A stretch of DNA of 64,000 bases from Squalus acanthias (taxonomy: Eukaryota): positions 4,650,001-4,714,000 of the forward strand of contig CM059430.1 of assembly GCA_030390025.1 (NCBI GenBank). Reading direction: 5' to 3'. The position numbers and the translations under genes are program-made. The notes below the pieces were generated by a model. It was not told where the DNA came from. It ran no database searches and saw nothing but the letters and a program-made list of their open reading frames with translations. Shown here piece by piece: positions 37,801-50,800 of the stretch. Positions within the stretch are counted from its first letter, which is position 1, and every line of letters starts with the position of its first letter.

Positions 37801-38019
37801 ACATTGGGAAGAAAAGAAAAAAATGAGTAAAAGAAAAAAAAATCTCCAAAGTTTAATAATACGTTCCTCAAATACAACCCCACTAAAAATATATTAACAA
37901 CTGCATTTGCTCCTTATAAAATTGTTTTATCAAAGGAGGATAAGGGACAACATGGCACACTTTAAAACATATGAACTGGTTAGATTCCAGCTCCCGCCAA
38001 TTCTCATCCGCTAATTTTT

Positions 38020-38365
38020 CTTTTTATTCGTTTATGGGATGTGGGCGTCGCTGGCAAGACCAGCATTTATTGCCCTTGAGAAGGTGGTGGTGAGCCGCCT
38101 TCTTGAACCGCTGCAGTCCGTGTGGTGAAGGTTCTCCCACAGTGCTGTTAGGGAGGGAGTTCCAGGATTTTGACCCAGCGACGATGAAGGATCGGTGATA
38201 TACTTCTAAGTCAGGATGGAGTGTGACTTGGAGGGGAACTTGGAAGTGGTGGTGTTCCCATGCGCCTGCTGCCCTTGTCCTTCTAGGTGGAAGAGGTCGC
38301 GGGTTTGGGAGGTGCTGCCGAAGAAGCCTTGGTGAGTTGCTGCAGTGCATCTTGTAGATGTACAT
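38020..38365 (-). mobile_element. CR1/L2-group LINE 3' end
   Basis: ORF IYKMHCSNSPRLLRQHLPNPRP..SFIVAGSKSWNSLPNS..LQRFKKAAHHHLL; same family as 34441-34740. Confidence 0.85.
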
Positions 38366-41224
38366 GATTAAAAAAGTTATATCTAACAGAAAGTAAAATT
38401 GTCATACAAATGGAATGGTTGTACTTTACAAGAACACTGGTTTATAAAGGGTTAATCTTCAGCTGTAGATTATGTCTTTTTAATTATTTCTATACAATTA
38501 CCAACAAGAAAGCTTTCTGTGGTGGGAGCAGTTTTAACTCAACTACCAAGTATGCCCTGGAGACAAAGCCTTTGGCATTAAAGTGACAGTGTCGCTGTAT
38601 CACAGAGTTTTCAGGCAGGCTCAATTCCTAAAATGGACTGCTGTGAAACCTTACTGCTATGAAACCACGGCCAATTCACACTACCGTAGAGAGAATAGCT
38701 TCTGCAGGCTGGATTTATACAACGTTGTTTTCAATGTTTTAATTAAATAATACAGTGCCAGATGAGATGAGAAATGCAGTATCATGGATCTGTTTTTAAT
38801 TGCACCTGCTTCAGTGCAGAAACATGAAGAGTTTCACCATAACCTTTACCTAAAGTGACACTACATTTTAAATATATATTTTGACTGGAAAAAATAATGT
38901 TGTCAAAAATCCCTATTTACAAGGATTTAGATATCATTAGTAAAGTCCTTCAAATCTGATGAAACATGTAAAATATAATATATTGCAATCGATATATACT
39001 GTTCTGATTCACTGAATTTGAGCAGATATCCATTATTATACTAAATTTTCCAGAATACAAATCAACTCACAATACTGTGGTCAGAGCGAAGCATGTTCAC
39101 TAAAAATTCTTTGAAGTATTGTCATATTTAAACTAAAGCTACACATTGTATTTATCAGATATTTATGCCTAAAGAAACATGCCTGGTGAATTACTTCATG
39201 ATCATAAATTTGCATGAAAGTTTTAATAGAATGCAGGGAATTCACTTTGTATACAGGTTTGAATCACTGAACCATTACGACTCACAAAGCTAAAGCATTC
39301 CGTGAATGAAGTACATGTGGAACGGATGTCATTCAATGAAATGCTACCTGCTTCAGATCAAAAAAAAAATCAAAGGCACTCGACTTTTTTTTAACTATAC
39401 AAATGTAATGCGTTGAAAAAGTGTTCACATCAGTGCAATGGAACAGGAAGGGGTTATAATGTTTTGATGCACGTTGTTTCTCAGTTGTGTTAACCTCCAT
39501 CTCTCTCTTCATCTCAAGTGTTATGTTGCTCTAAACTACTTTCATAGTTTCAACAACATAACACTTGTGGTTTAATTCCTCAAAACTCAAATTCTGTACT
39601 TTAAGTTTATTTTTTTTCTACAATTCATCTTTCTACTTTTCTAACTCTATTTGCTTTCAAAATGGATCCCTTTACAATCTGAAACTATCACAAATCACTC
39701 AGCGCTGCAATATTTTTAAACACAGTTAAAACTGTCAAGACTTGTGAATAAAAAATGCTTAGTATTTAATTCCAGCTTTTTCCACACTCCAGATCTGCCT
39801 TTTAATACTATTCTACTGAGCGAGGGATGATTCAGACCACAGATAGCATCAAATCTGTGCTTCTTTGGTTAATTGTCCTCCTTCCTTTAAACACTGGCAG
39901 AACTGCCTCTACTGAGAGAAAACTCAAATTTAAATGTCTGACATCAGGATTCCAATATGTTAGCATTACAGCTACTGAGCTTCCTAAAAATGTTTCTTAA
40001 ATGAGTTAGAGGTTACGTTGTTATAAAGAAGGGTGCTGGGGAATGGAAGTAGGGGGAAGGGTGCATATGTCCACCGAAAGGATTTGGAAAGATGTTTGTA
40101 AGAGACCTCCTCAGACATAGTAAAGGAAGTGTTCTTTTGATTGTTTCCCAAGAAAATAAATAACATTTTCCTTACCCACTCATGGTAGATAAATAAATAA
40201 ATAAATTTGTTCTCACATATCACAGTTGCATAACTAAATAAATCTCTACATGTAACATGGCGAGCAGTTCTTTTCCATTGCTTATCATCTGCTCAAGGTA
40301 CATGCTTTTATACTGAAGGACAAGCGATATGTAAAATGTAGGAAAAGATTAAACTAATTTGGTTCTTTCCTTCTTTACCAAATAGCTCTCCAATAGTATT
40401 TAGCAAAACTAAAAGATTCTGTTTAAATACCTAAGCTTAAATTCGAGCTTCTGTTTGGGACTTCCCTCCAAACTGGTACAGACCTTCTAGAATTTGTTTC
40501 TTATGTCAACTGTGATTTTTGAGTCCTTACTCAATGCACCTAAATAAAATAAATGTAGCTGCTGTTACAAAATATAAATATTTATAAGTGCCATTTAATT
40601 TGTCAAACAGATAATATGCTATATTTGACAAGTAACCAATCCCTTGAATATAGTGGCTTACATTGTTTTCCGAGCAAAATTGTCACAAAAAGTTGAAGTC
40701 TGTTTCTCGTTACATTTTAATATAATTTGAGAATATTCTATTATTTGAGTGATACTGTAAAAATTGCTATGTCACTTCAAGCTAATCAGAATTAATTTGT
40801 AATAAAAATAATTTTTCATTAATTAAAAAAATCCAATGTTTGTAACATCTTTAATAATATTGATTTTTTCTATCAATTATTCAAAATTATTTTCCGTAAC
40901 TTTCTAAAGCTTAATATTGTAGAGAAATCTAACATCACTTTGAATGAGTGAAAATAATTACTTGGTTTAACTGTTATATGTAATTGATTGAGAGGCACAA
41001 GTAGTACACAGGAATGGCTATACCATATTTGACCACGTCGCAACAGACTTGGAAAAAATTTAAATGACAACAAAAAATCAATTATAATGGGAATAATGGG
41101 GGTGGGGGCTATTCATACGTTAAAATCTGCAACAAAAATATGGTTGGGTTACTAAGTTAATTATTAAGAAAAAAATGGAAAACATTTGATTTGTTGCAAA
41201 ATTTGGAAAAGCTGCAATCTTAAT

Positions 41225-41997
41225 GGCCTGGATTTTGCGATAGAAATAATGGTGAGGCTATCAGCACTCACCGTTATTATGGAGTAAATCAGACAACAAC
41301 TTCTGGTATCTGCACTTGGTCAGTTAAACGTGGAAATCTGGAGGTTGATGTTCGATTTGCCATGCTCCTCCACAAGCTTTGCCATGCTCCTCCACAAGCC
41401 TTGCTACACCGGTACCTCGTTGATAGATTCAGCATTCAAACACATGAAAGGTGTGAAGTTGCTGTACTTATCCACTAAACACACCAGAAAAAGTTAGGGC
41501 TGGCGCATTCAGGCATAAGTGAACTTTTAATGGCGTGATAAGTCTTAATTACTGCCAAACAACCTCTCTGGCACTGAAAATTTAATTTTACAATTGTGGA
41601 GTCTCAGTCCTTCAGAATTTAATTATTGTTGGTGATATTATAAAAAAAAATGTTTTTGTTACTTTTTCTTTCTGTCTCTTTTATCTCTCTTTCTTAATCC
41701 CATCTTTCTTTCCCTCTCTTTATTTTGCTTTCTATACATGATTTTACATTGAATTAAATATTCTAACTCTTACACTTCCTGGTTTAGACTCCGAGTGTCT
41801 CAGGGAGGATTCTTCCATCTGATTGGTTGAAGGGGCTTGCTGTTGTTTGTCCTGCTCACACAGGTTCCAGATCTGTGTAGAGGATGCCGCGCTGAAAAGG
41901 ATCTCGAAATACCATCAGTTGCTGCTCAAAAGCCCGTGAAAAGTCTGTGGGCAGCTGTAAGCATAATGAGCACCGTTCTTTCGCTGCTGCCTGGGCC
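41225..41997. mobile_element. Old Harbinger-type MITE
   Basis: AAT|GGCCTGG...CTGGGCC|ATT ends like the 17369 element, plus an internal exact 22-bp tandem duplication at 41356-41399. Confidence 0.55.
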
Positions 41998-42397
41998 ATT
42001 TTCTCTTTTAAGTTATTCACGTTTAATATTTGGTCATAATTAATGCACAGCAATTAGTTTTGCAAAAAGTTTTAAGCACTGCCAGACCATTGAAAACAGA
42101 CATTCAGAGAAACAGCGACAGATTACAAACCACTGACATTAATATAGCTGGAGACTCAGTGGGATGCCCAGAACATGGATACGGTTTCCCACAAGAGACA
42201 GTAACTGGAACACAGCAAAAATTGACAGCTCGGCGTTTGTTGTTCTTAAACATTTCGGAACGAACAATCCCAGGATGGTGAATAGAAGAAAAGCTGCATA
42301 TAGACAGGGATGACTTTACCAACGCTGAATAAACAGTCAGTCAGTCATATAACTGTATACTTTAGAATATAAAAGATAACAAGACAAAATATTCTTA

Positions 42398-42531
42398 GGT
42401 GGTAATTTTAACCTATCCTAATGCACCCGATGGGAAACTGAATTTGAAAGTAAAATTGGCCAGGGTGTAAAATGGGCGGCTGATCTGATCCAGTCAGTTT
42501 CCCGTAAACTGGGTTAGGTTACAATTACTCT
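42398..42531. mobile_element. Decayed palindromic MITE related to 28670-28839
   Basis: GTAATTTTAACCTA / TAGGTTACAATTAC arms, GGGAAACTGA / TCAGTTTCCC, and a shared GGTGTAAAA.GGGC motif. Confidence 0.55.
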
Positions 42532-44101
42532 GTCACTGTACAGCAAAAAATGGCTTCACCATATTTCATTATAACATATAGTGTTGCAGCATTCACTACT
42601 GTACACAGAAGTACAATAAAAGTAAACAGTGCAAAAGCAGAGTTTCTTGCATAGCTCCCAACTTTGTGGAGAAGGCAAAATCTGATGCAGAACAAATCAC
42701 CTCACTCAAGGTGCTTAATTGAATGATTATCACAGTAGTATGATAACACCATTCAAGCCTGATTCCAGATTTCCAGTAAGGTGATCAAGCTTGGAAACCA
42801 GATTATAGTGTTGTACACGACAATAGGGGCAGAGATGTACAGCAACTTAAAATTATTTGATAATCCCACTTCCCACACAAACCTTCCTTATGATGTCCAT
42901 GTAAGAGATTACTGATTTACCACATCAGCTGCACAGGTGGATAAAGTCTTTTTCCACTCCAAGGAGGCGATTCTATATACTGATTTAGCTATTTTGATGC
43001 AGGAATTCACAAAATTTAACAAAATTAACATTACATTTAAATCTAAATGTAAAAGTTGATGGGAATAGCATCTGACTGGATACCGACACCAACTGATAAA
43101 AGGAATTGTAAATTTCATTTGTTTCAGTTTCCTTACACCACAAACTATTTAAAGGCATCAAACGGAGGATACTTACATTCTAGCTCGATGGGCTGCATTT
43201 AAACTGTGGTCACAGATGAAAGGGCAGCATTGGAACACACTCATAACACTAATTGTTGGATTTTTTTAAAGTTTACTGAAAGAATGCTGAACCACTGTTT
43301 TGTTCCACTTTATGATATATTGCATTACAATTTTATCGGATATAATTCTTATTGTATATTGTACTAGGGTTATTCCGTCTCAAAAAGATTAACTAAATAA
43401 CTATTGAATGATGTTACCAACTAACTCTGTGCATAATGAGGAGTTCTCAATTTAATTGCAAACAGACTCATAACTTGAATGACAACCGAATGGTGAACGA
43501 AGAGAGTCAAAAATAAATTTGTGACATTTCAATACACTTTTAATTAAGGGCATTTGCAAAGATGCGTCGGATCTGTACACTAAACAAATGGCATCGGAGC
43601 ACTAAATGTAGGAATTGGAATATGATGGCCAGCCCATAAAGCATTTCGGAGAGAGCTCAAAACATTGATCATTCATGTTTTATATGAGTGGGACATATAC
43701 AGGATTTATAATCCCAGAATTCCCTGGAACAGCACGATCTGTGACGTATAAATTATGCACTTTCGTGCGTCAATCTTCCCATTGTGAACTTACACTGAAT
43801 TTCCTGGAAGAGTTATTTGAATATGTCGCAGCAAACATAATTGCGAATTAAGGAACTCAGAAGTGCGCAGGCAATGGCTTAGCCCATTTGCATCAATAAA
43901 CTAATTAAGCAGATTAATATTGGCATGACCTGAATGATAGAATCCTTTCACTATGCTGAACTCGATCACTTACAGAAAATTGTTTGCATTATTGACACAT
44001 TCAGCTGCTGTATTCAGTTTACAGGAACATTCGAAGTTAGAGATTTTTTTATCATTTATTTAGAAGATGCTATTAGTAATTTAAGTTACCCAAAAATTCT
44101 C

Positions 44102-44809
44102 GGGGGGGAAAAATTCATTAGCGACCATTTTGGGGCGTTAACATCGCCTGGGCGCTAACTTTAGTGCCGACAACTGCGAAATTTAGTTTTAACGCCCCAA
44201 GAGGGAGGTGGAGCGCTAATTCAAGCGCTCCACTTCCTTCTTAGAGCGTTAACCCCGAATATCGGGCCGGTGCGTTCTGCAGCGCTACGCACTGGACCAC
44301 GTAGCGCTGCCGCATGGAAGGGCTCGTCCCCTCATTAAAGGGGAGGGCCCAAGCCCACAACTCTGCGGGGCCCTAACTGGACCACCGGGGAGCGGGGTGC
44401 CGAGCCAGCAGCCCGGCACTCAAGAGGAGTGCCGAGCTGCCAGATCGCGGCACGGACCCCGTGTTCAAAGACGCAACGGGCCACGACAAATAAGTTGGTC
44501 GATTTTTTTTTCCCCGCCCGCCACCTCCCCTTTAGTTAGTGTCCTGCAAGCCTCCTGCTGCTCCGTTCCCGCCCCCCTGAATCGGCCGCCATCATCGCCC
44601 GGCGCAGATTCAGGGGGCGTGGGCCAATTTTGCAGGCGGGGCGAAAACGGAGCACTGCGCACGCCTGCGCAGCGGCACTACCGGTTACCGCCACCGCACA
44701 ACTCCCGCTGAATTTAGTGGGAGTCGTTAGCGGTGCCGTGCCTGGGTGAAAAGTCGTTTGCGCCCCATTAATGACCCCCGGAGGTGTTTAGGTACCCAAT
44801 TTCTAGCCC
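44102..44809. mobile_element. PIF/Harbinger-type MITE of the same family as 7914-8645
   Basis: Ends GGGGGAAAAATTC / rc GGGCTAGAAATTGGGTA. Shares GGGCGCTAACTTT and the GTGGAGCGCTAA.TCAAGC.CTCCACTTCC hairpin with 7914-8645. CpG-rich. Confidence 0.85.
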
Positions 44810-47800
44810 TCAATCAATGGAATGTGCAAGGCACTTCAGTGCCCCACACCATGCACACAACATATATTAAAGCTAACACACAATTAAGTCTTTTCATGGG
44901 TTTTAGCTCAGAATTTAAAAATATCAAGAAAGAGCAGAGATTTTATTTTACTGTATTTAAAACATTTTGAACACAAATTTAAACACGTTTGCAGATCAAG
45001 TAAATTGATGTAAAGATTTAGCACTTACCTCGCTAGCTCTATTTCAGAATGAACACAGTGATAACTTATTTCTGATGGTGAAATATCAAAGCCTATTTTT
45101 ATTATATATACATAAAAGTCCATTCACATGATTGCAGACTGCAGAGATGAAGCTTTGCAGCTTTTATGGTCCTCCCAGGCTGAGAATCATGTGAGAGTCA
45201 TAAATCGTGTAGATACCAGGTGACCAAGGGCCCACTTGAGCCATTATTTTTCAGTCTAAGCGGCAACGGCGAGAAAACTAGTGTAAATCGCTGAAACTCG
45301 CGATCGCCAACTCACTTGAATGGGGCTGAGCTACGATAATTAAATTTTCATGGTTTTGACGAAGATATCAGTGGAGCGCCGCACAAGTCCCAGGAAATCA
45401 TGGTGCAGCGGGTATAATGACTGGCAAATGGACACAATGCCATAGTTGCACCTCCAGGGAATTCTTGGTGGAGGCGAGAGATGGAAGCAAACTTTTCAAG
45501 GCCCTGCACATATAATAAACATACTACCCAAAAATGAGGAGGAATTTGATTTATATGTCTTAGCCTCTGATTTGTCTCTTGGCATTCCATCTATAAAGAG
45601 ATGTAGTTAGGATGTATAAAATAAACCATAATATTTTCTGGGAGACATTTAAGATGTACTTTAACTGTTGCTCCAGATGAAAAACATGACTGAGATTCTC
45701 CAGTAACACAAATTAGGTTATGAATGCTTTCAGTGATAAATAACATTTTCAAAACACACCCTACTACAGCTGGGTTTCATTTTTGAATATTGTAATCATT
45801 ACCCCCCCCCCCCACCCCTCCTCTTTTCCCCCCCACGTATACCGACGACTTGATCACCTAACCACATTTGCAAAATGAAAACTCTTCTGGAATAAGACGA
45901 CTAAAATATAAAATGATTCAATCTTTATTCAAAATAAATACAAGTGAAGATGAAGACAAAGTTGCATGATTACACAGATCAGACGAACAATCCATCTTTG
46001 TATTTTTACTTACATCTTTTGTCAAACTAACCTTTATTCACACAAGAGGCTATGACCAGATTAAAGGATCTGCAAAACTCAGAAGTCGACAGAATAAATT
46101 CAGTGATCTGTGGTTATATTATTCATTTCTGTTTTCAATTGTGAACATGATGGCAGGTGTTTCATTTGATAATTATTTTCTTTGTTAAAAAATTCTCTGA
46201 ATTAACATTGGAATTTATTTAGTAATGGAAAACATTTCTATTCAATTAAAAATCTTGTTTTTGTTAACACAGAAAAACCACTTACTGAACAGTTCATAGC
46301 TAATGAAATTGCAGAACTAGTCAACGTGGATGTGTTTAAACCAACTTGCTGTTTATTTGTTCATGTTTAGTCACCAAAGCTTCTCAAGCTTTGAAATGTC
46401 GATAGCATGGATTTGAAATTCGATTCAGAAGTCCCACTATCTGTGCATTTCGAAACATTTTCTTACCAAAAATCTGAAGTGTTTCTCAAATGACACATCC
46501 ATACAAGTTTTAAAACATCACAGCGCTTTTGTTAAATGTCTCACATAAGAGATTTACTTCAATGTGGACCCTACAGATGTCTCACATGTGTACCTTTAAT
46601 GTTAGGCATATAGTGGCGAGGTGTGAGAAAAACAGTGCAGTTTCTAATTATCTCATATAATAAAATGTTTAACTTCTCTGCTAATAAAACTTTCTTTATA
46701 ATAACAAACATATGTTTGGTATCAACATGACTATAATCTCAACCCAGTCAAGTGTTGGTTCTATTCCTTTGAAAGATAATTTTGGATATTCAAGTGGAAA
46801 ATAATGAAATTATTTCTCTCTATATATTTTTTTCCCCAAACATTTTTCTTGTGTTATATTATTACTTGCTGCCACCTGCCATCATATTTTCTTCTTCATC
46901 TGGAAAGGCAGGACAGTCTTCCCCTACAAGCTTCTCCTTAGATCCAGTAAACTTCATCCATGCTCTGCTTGTATGTTCCTACAGAACAGAACTGGTGTTT
47001 ATAACTTTGCATCTTCCTTCAGATAATTACTATGCCTCCACAAAATGCTTCATTAAGGAAGAACCCACCCATGAAAGGGATCAATTTTGACCATGATTTG
47101 AGGCTTGTGAAAAGAAGTTAGGATTCAACAGCGAGAGCTACGAGACTTCCAAACGTGCATTATTTAAATTTACCACACATTCACAACATGGAAATGGAAC
47201 TTATACGGGAGACTAGTGAGCTCAGATGGAATAGGCGACACGCAAAAATATTTGACTGGTATTTCCACCTGAGCTTTCTCTAGAGCTTGCAGTTGGTCGT
47301 TTCGCAGCACATTCAGCGGAAGCGATAGCAAGCTGATGGGGAGTGAGTGCAAAATTAATGGTGAATGACAACAAACTGATGGGGGACTCAGAGCAAACTG
47401 ATGGGCAGTGAGTACCAACTGATAGGGAGTGAGTGCAAGCAGAGGAGGGGCAGGATGAGGAGGAGAGTGACCTTCCTACATGACAATGGAGCAGCGCTAT
47501 TGCTGTTGGAGGAGCCAAGAATCCTAATGAAATGGTTCCTCCAGAGCCAGCAATACCTCTGTCAGCGCACAGCTGAAAGCGACAACCACACCGAGAGTAG
47601 CCCAACTATAAAAGCAATATAAGTGGAGTGTGAGCATCTCCAAAAAAGATCACCTAAACAGCAGAACTGACAGAGTCATGGAGAATGTAATGTAACTTGG
47701 AAGGCAAAGTACATGAGACAATTACAAAAAATAAAGTATATAATTAAAGAGAATGAGAGAAAGTCAACAGCTTGTTAAGAGGAATATCTCTATCACTAAA

Positions 47801-50800
47801 TATTTACCTGTTCAGCTTTACTGTATTGGTGCTTTGGAGCCTTCAGTACTTTTATCACTATAAGTACTTCCATGAAAAATAGTTGGCATATACTATGCAC
47901 AGTAGTTGCAACATTTAATGATGAAATAGCTGCAAAAAATATGGAAAACAGAATTACATGTCAAGAATATACTATATTTAGTTTATTATACTGATAACTT
48001 GTATAAAATTTATTCAGACTCAAAAATGCTTCAATAGAAGATTTACAAATTGATAATGTTAGAGATAATTTTCATATTTACCATCATCTTGAAACAACTG
48101 TACTCAATCACTACATCATGCAGAAGGGTGCTCATAAGCCTGAATACCATTGTGCTCTCTACCAAAAAAAATTCAGTTGAAACATCAGGAAAGGATTCAA
48201 ACTATCAACATATTCTTCCATCAACTTGCCCAAACATTATCAAATCATAATCACATTTTATGATCTTGCATTTCAGACTACTAACTGATTGCATTAGCAG
48301 ACATATTTAAGGATTAATTGGAAAAGGTATTAGAACTTAGGCAAAGCTATTAAACATAAAGGCAAATATGAAGAGTCATCATTGATTTTTAATTAGAAAA
48401 TGTAAGACACATTTACATTGACAAACATATACTAATGAAAAATTTGACAGTCAAATTCTACACCCAAATGATTTTCTACACCATTTCCAAAAGGTTGGTT
48501 CACCAATTTTTGATTGATATCTTTTAATATTAACAATTATGTTCGCAACAATGTGAAAATGCATTGAACAAAATTAGACAACAAAATCATTGCCTTACTC
48601 AAAAACATTTTTTTTTGGCTTTGGCAACACAAAAACAAGAATATTTAAATAATTATATCCTTTAAATTATTACATACCACTTTAACAGGCAGAAATTGTT
48701 CATAAAACTGAACATTGATTAACAGACAAAGATGACACAGTATAGCACCAACTTTAGACTTACTCTTGGTTGGTTGGATGAAAATTATGCCACTTTATTT
48801 TTGTTTTTCTGAGAAACTCTCATTTTTTTCTTTTACCTGTCCAGGCATTTTTTAATTAACTCACCAAGCATTTACTCTAAGCATGATTCACCCTTTTTTT
48901 TTTATCACAGAGAGGCAAAGTGCGTGCCACAATGACCCTGAACAATCATGTAATCAATTTTAAAAATATTCACAAGTGCCTTTTAGGCACTGTGGATGGA
49001 TAATAATATGCAACTCCACTAATGCTCAAAGGATAGATCCGTGAGAATAAAATGAAATTAGGGAAAATGTGATGTTATTGGAGCGCTGTTCACATCTAGA
49101 CCAGGGATTGGGATAAGGACGAAGTTAATTGCATTTCCAGATGACAAACCACTCACCTCGGAACTGAATGGCTCTTTATGAAAGCTATCAGTAATAAACT
49201 GTAAATCTCGGCTATGATTGCAAATAAAGGTCATGCCCCTTGTGCTGCTGATGTCCCCTGTCTTATTATATTCCCCGGATCCTTTTCAGTCCTTAAGGTG
49301 CCTAAGCTCAAAAAAGCAATCAATACTGAAAATACTTTTTCCCTTTTTTTTTCCCTGTGACACCCATCCCTGTACCTTGATAATCATAAATGTCTCATCT
49401 GCAAAACAACAGGAATTTCGATGCTTGGGAGAAAATCCCTGTAGAGATGTTTAACCCTCAAATGCCAAGCTGCTAAAAGACTCTGTTAAAAGCGGTTTCG
49501 TGGCTAAATAAAAATGCACAGCTCATGTGCCCCGTGCCACGTTCAGCTGATTTAAAAGATGTATTCAGCCCTCCAATCTCAACTGCACAACACACTTGGA
49601 ATAAAGAGACACCAATATTGTACTCAACATGCATTTTGTCCAGCAAGTTACAGAATAAGTTACAGGTAGTTTCATCGTAATGTAATTTTATTATGCTGTA
49701 AATCTGATGGGCTTTTGGGGTCTTACAGCTCATGATTGATGTGTTGTCTTCTTCTGGTACCACAACAACAAGCAACTTAGTAATGGGCCTTCCCACAATC
49801 GCTTCTTACAGACTACTGCTATAAATTATTTGAGAACCGTCCAACATTGTGCCTGTGATGAATTTTGGCAGGATAGTTATAAAAACTTCATACATCAAAA
49901 GAGAGGGGATAGCAATCAAATAAGAGTGGGGGCGGGTAGTGGGGGGGGGGGGTCGACATGGCAATCACAGGTGTGCAGAAGGTTGCAAATGTCCAGCTGG
50001 CTGGAAAACACTTAACATTTGTGAATCACAGCAACACATTTCTGTTTGATTTTTTTCCCCCTTGATATCCACCCCCCCCAGCCTACTGACAATAATGAGG
50101 CTCTCTCAAAATTATCATGTAAATCAAAGTGATATGCAAGATGCAATTTGTAGATCTAACAATTGATTACAAATTCTGTTGCAGCTCTTTTTCTGCTCCT
50201 ACCCCCCCCACAAATCAAAGGTTAATTACTTATTTGGATAGTGGATTATTATTTAAATTAGAGGGGTTTGTGTTACTACATATACTAATGGAAAAATAAA
50301 TGCGAGTGTCTACAGCATTATTTAATAGTTACAAATCACAGGATGTAACAACAGTTTTTTTTTCCCCTTCCTAGTTTTAAAACTGTACATCCAAATCAAT
50401 GTAATATCACTGCACAGACCAAAAGTGTTTTCAAAAAATAATCTTTCCATTAACCAAACAATTTTGTGCTTGACTTTGTGATTCCTAGGTTGAAATTATT
50501 TTTTAACAGAGGTTGCTATCCTCTTCATAATAGACCCTTCTGTAATAGCTAATGAAGGTAATGAAATATGACATGCAGTTTGGCCCCTGACCATGGAATG
50601 CTCCCCCCTCCCTCAGTATCTTGAACAAAGCCAAAACAGATGTAGCTACTTTGTGGTTTAGCGCTGACGTATGCTACTAGGCCAGGTCATTAAGTTCCCA
50701 GATATTAAAATCTGCACAGTGCAAATGTGCAACGCTCTGATTTAACAAGAGACTCTCCCAAACGTTTCTCAATACAGAGGAAAATCAAGTTAATGACATG

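Noticed and set aside
34441-38365. Inverted pair 34441-34740 / 38020-38365 as the ends of one composite element
   Set aside because: These are two independently truncated LINE 3' ends with different indels and no shared TSD.
44102-44809. CpG island promoter
   Set aside because: The CpG richness is confined between TIRs and is homologous to the 7914-8645 MITE.
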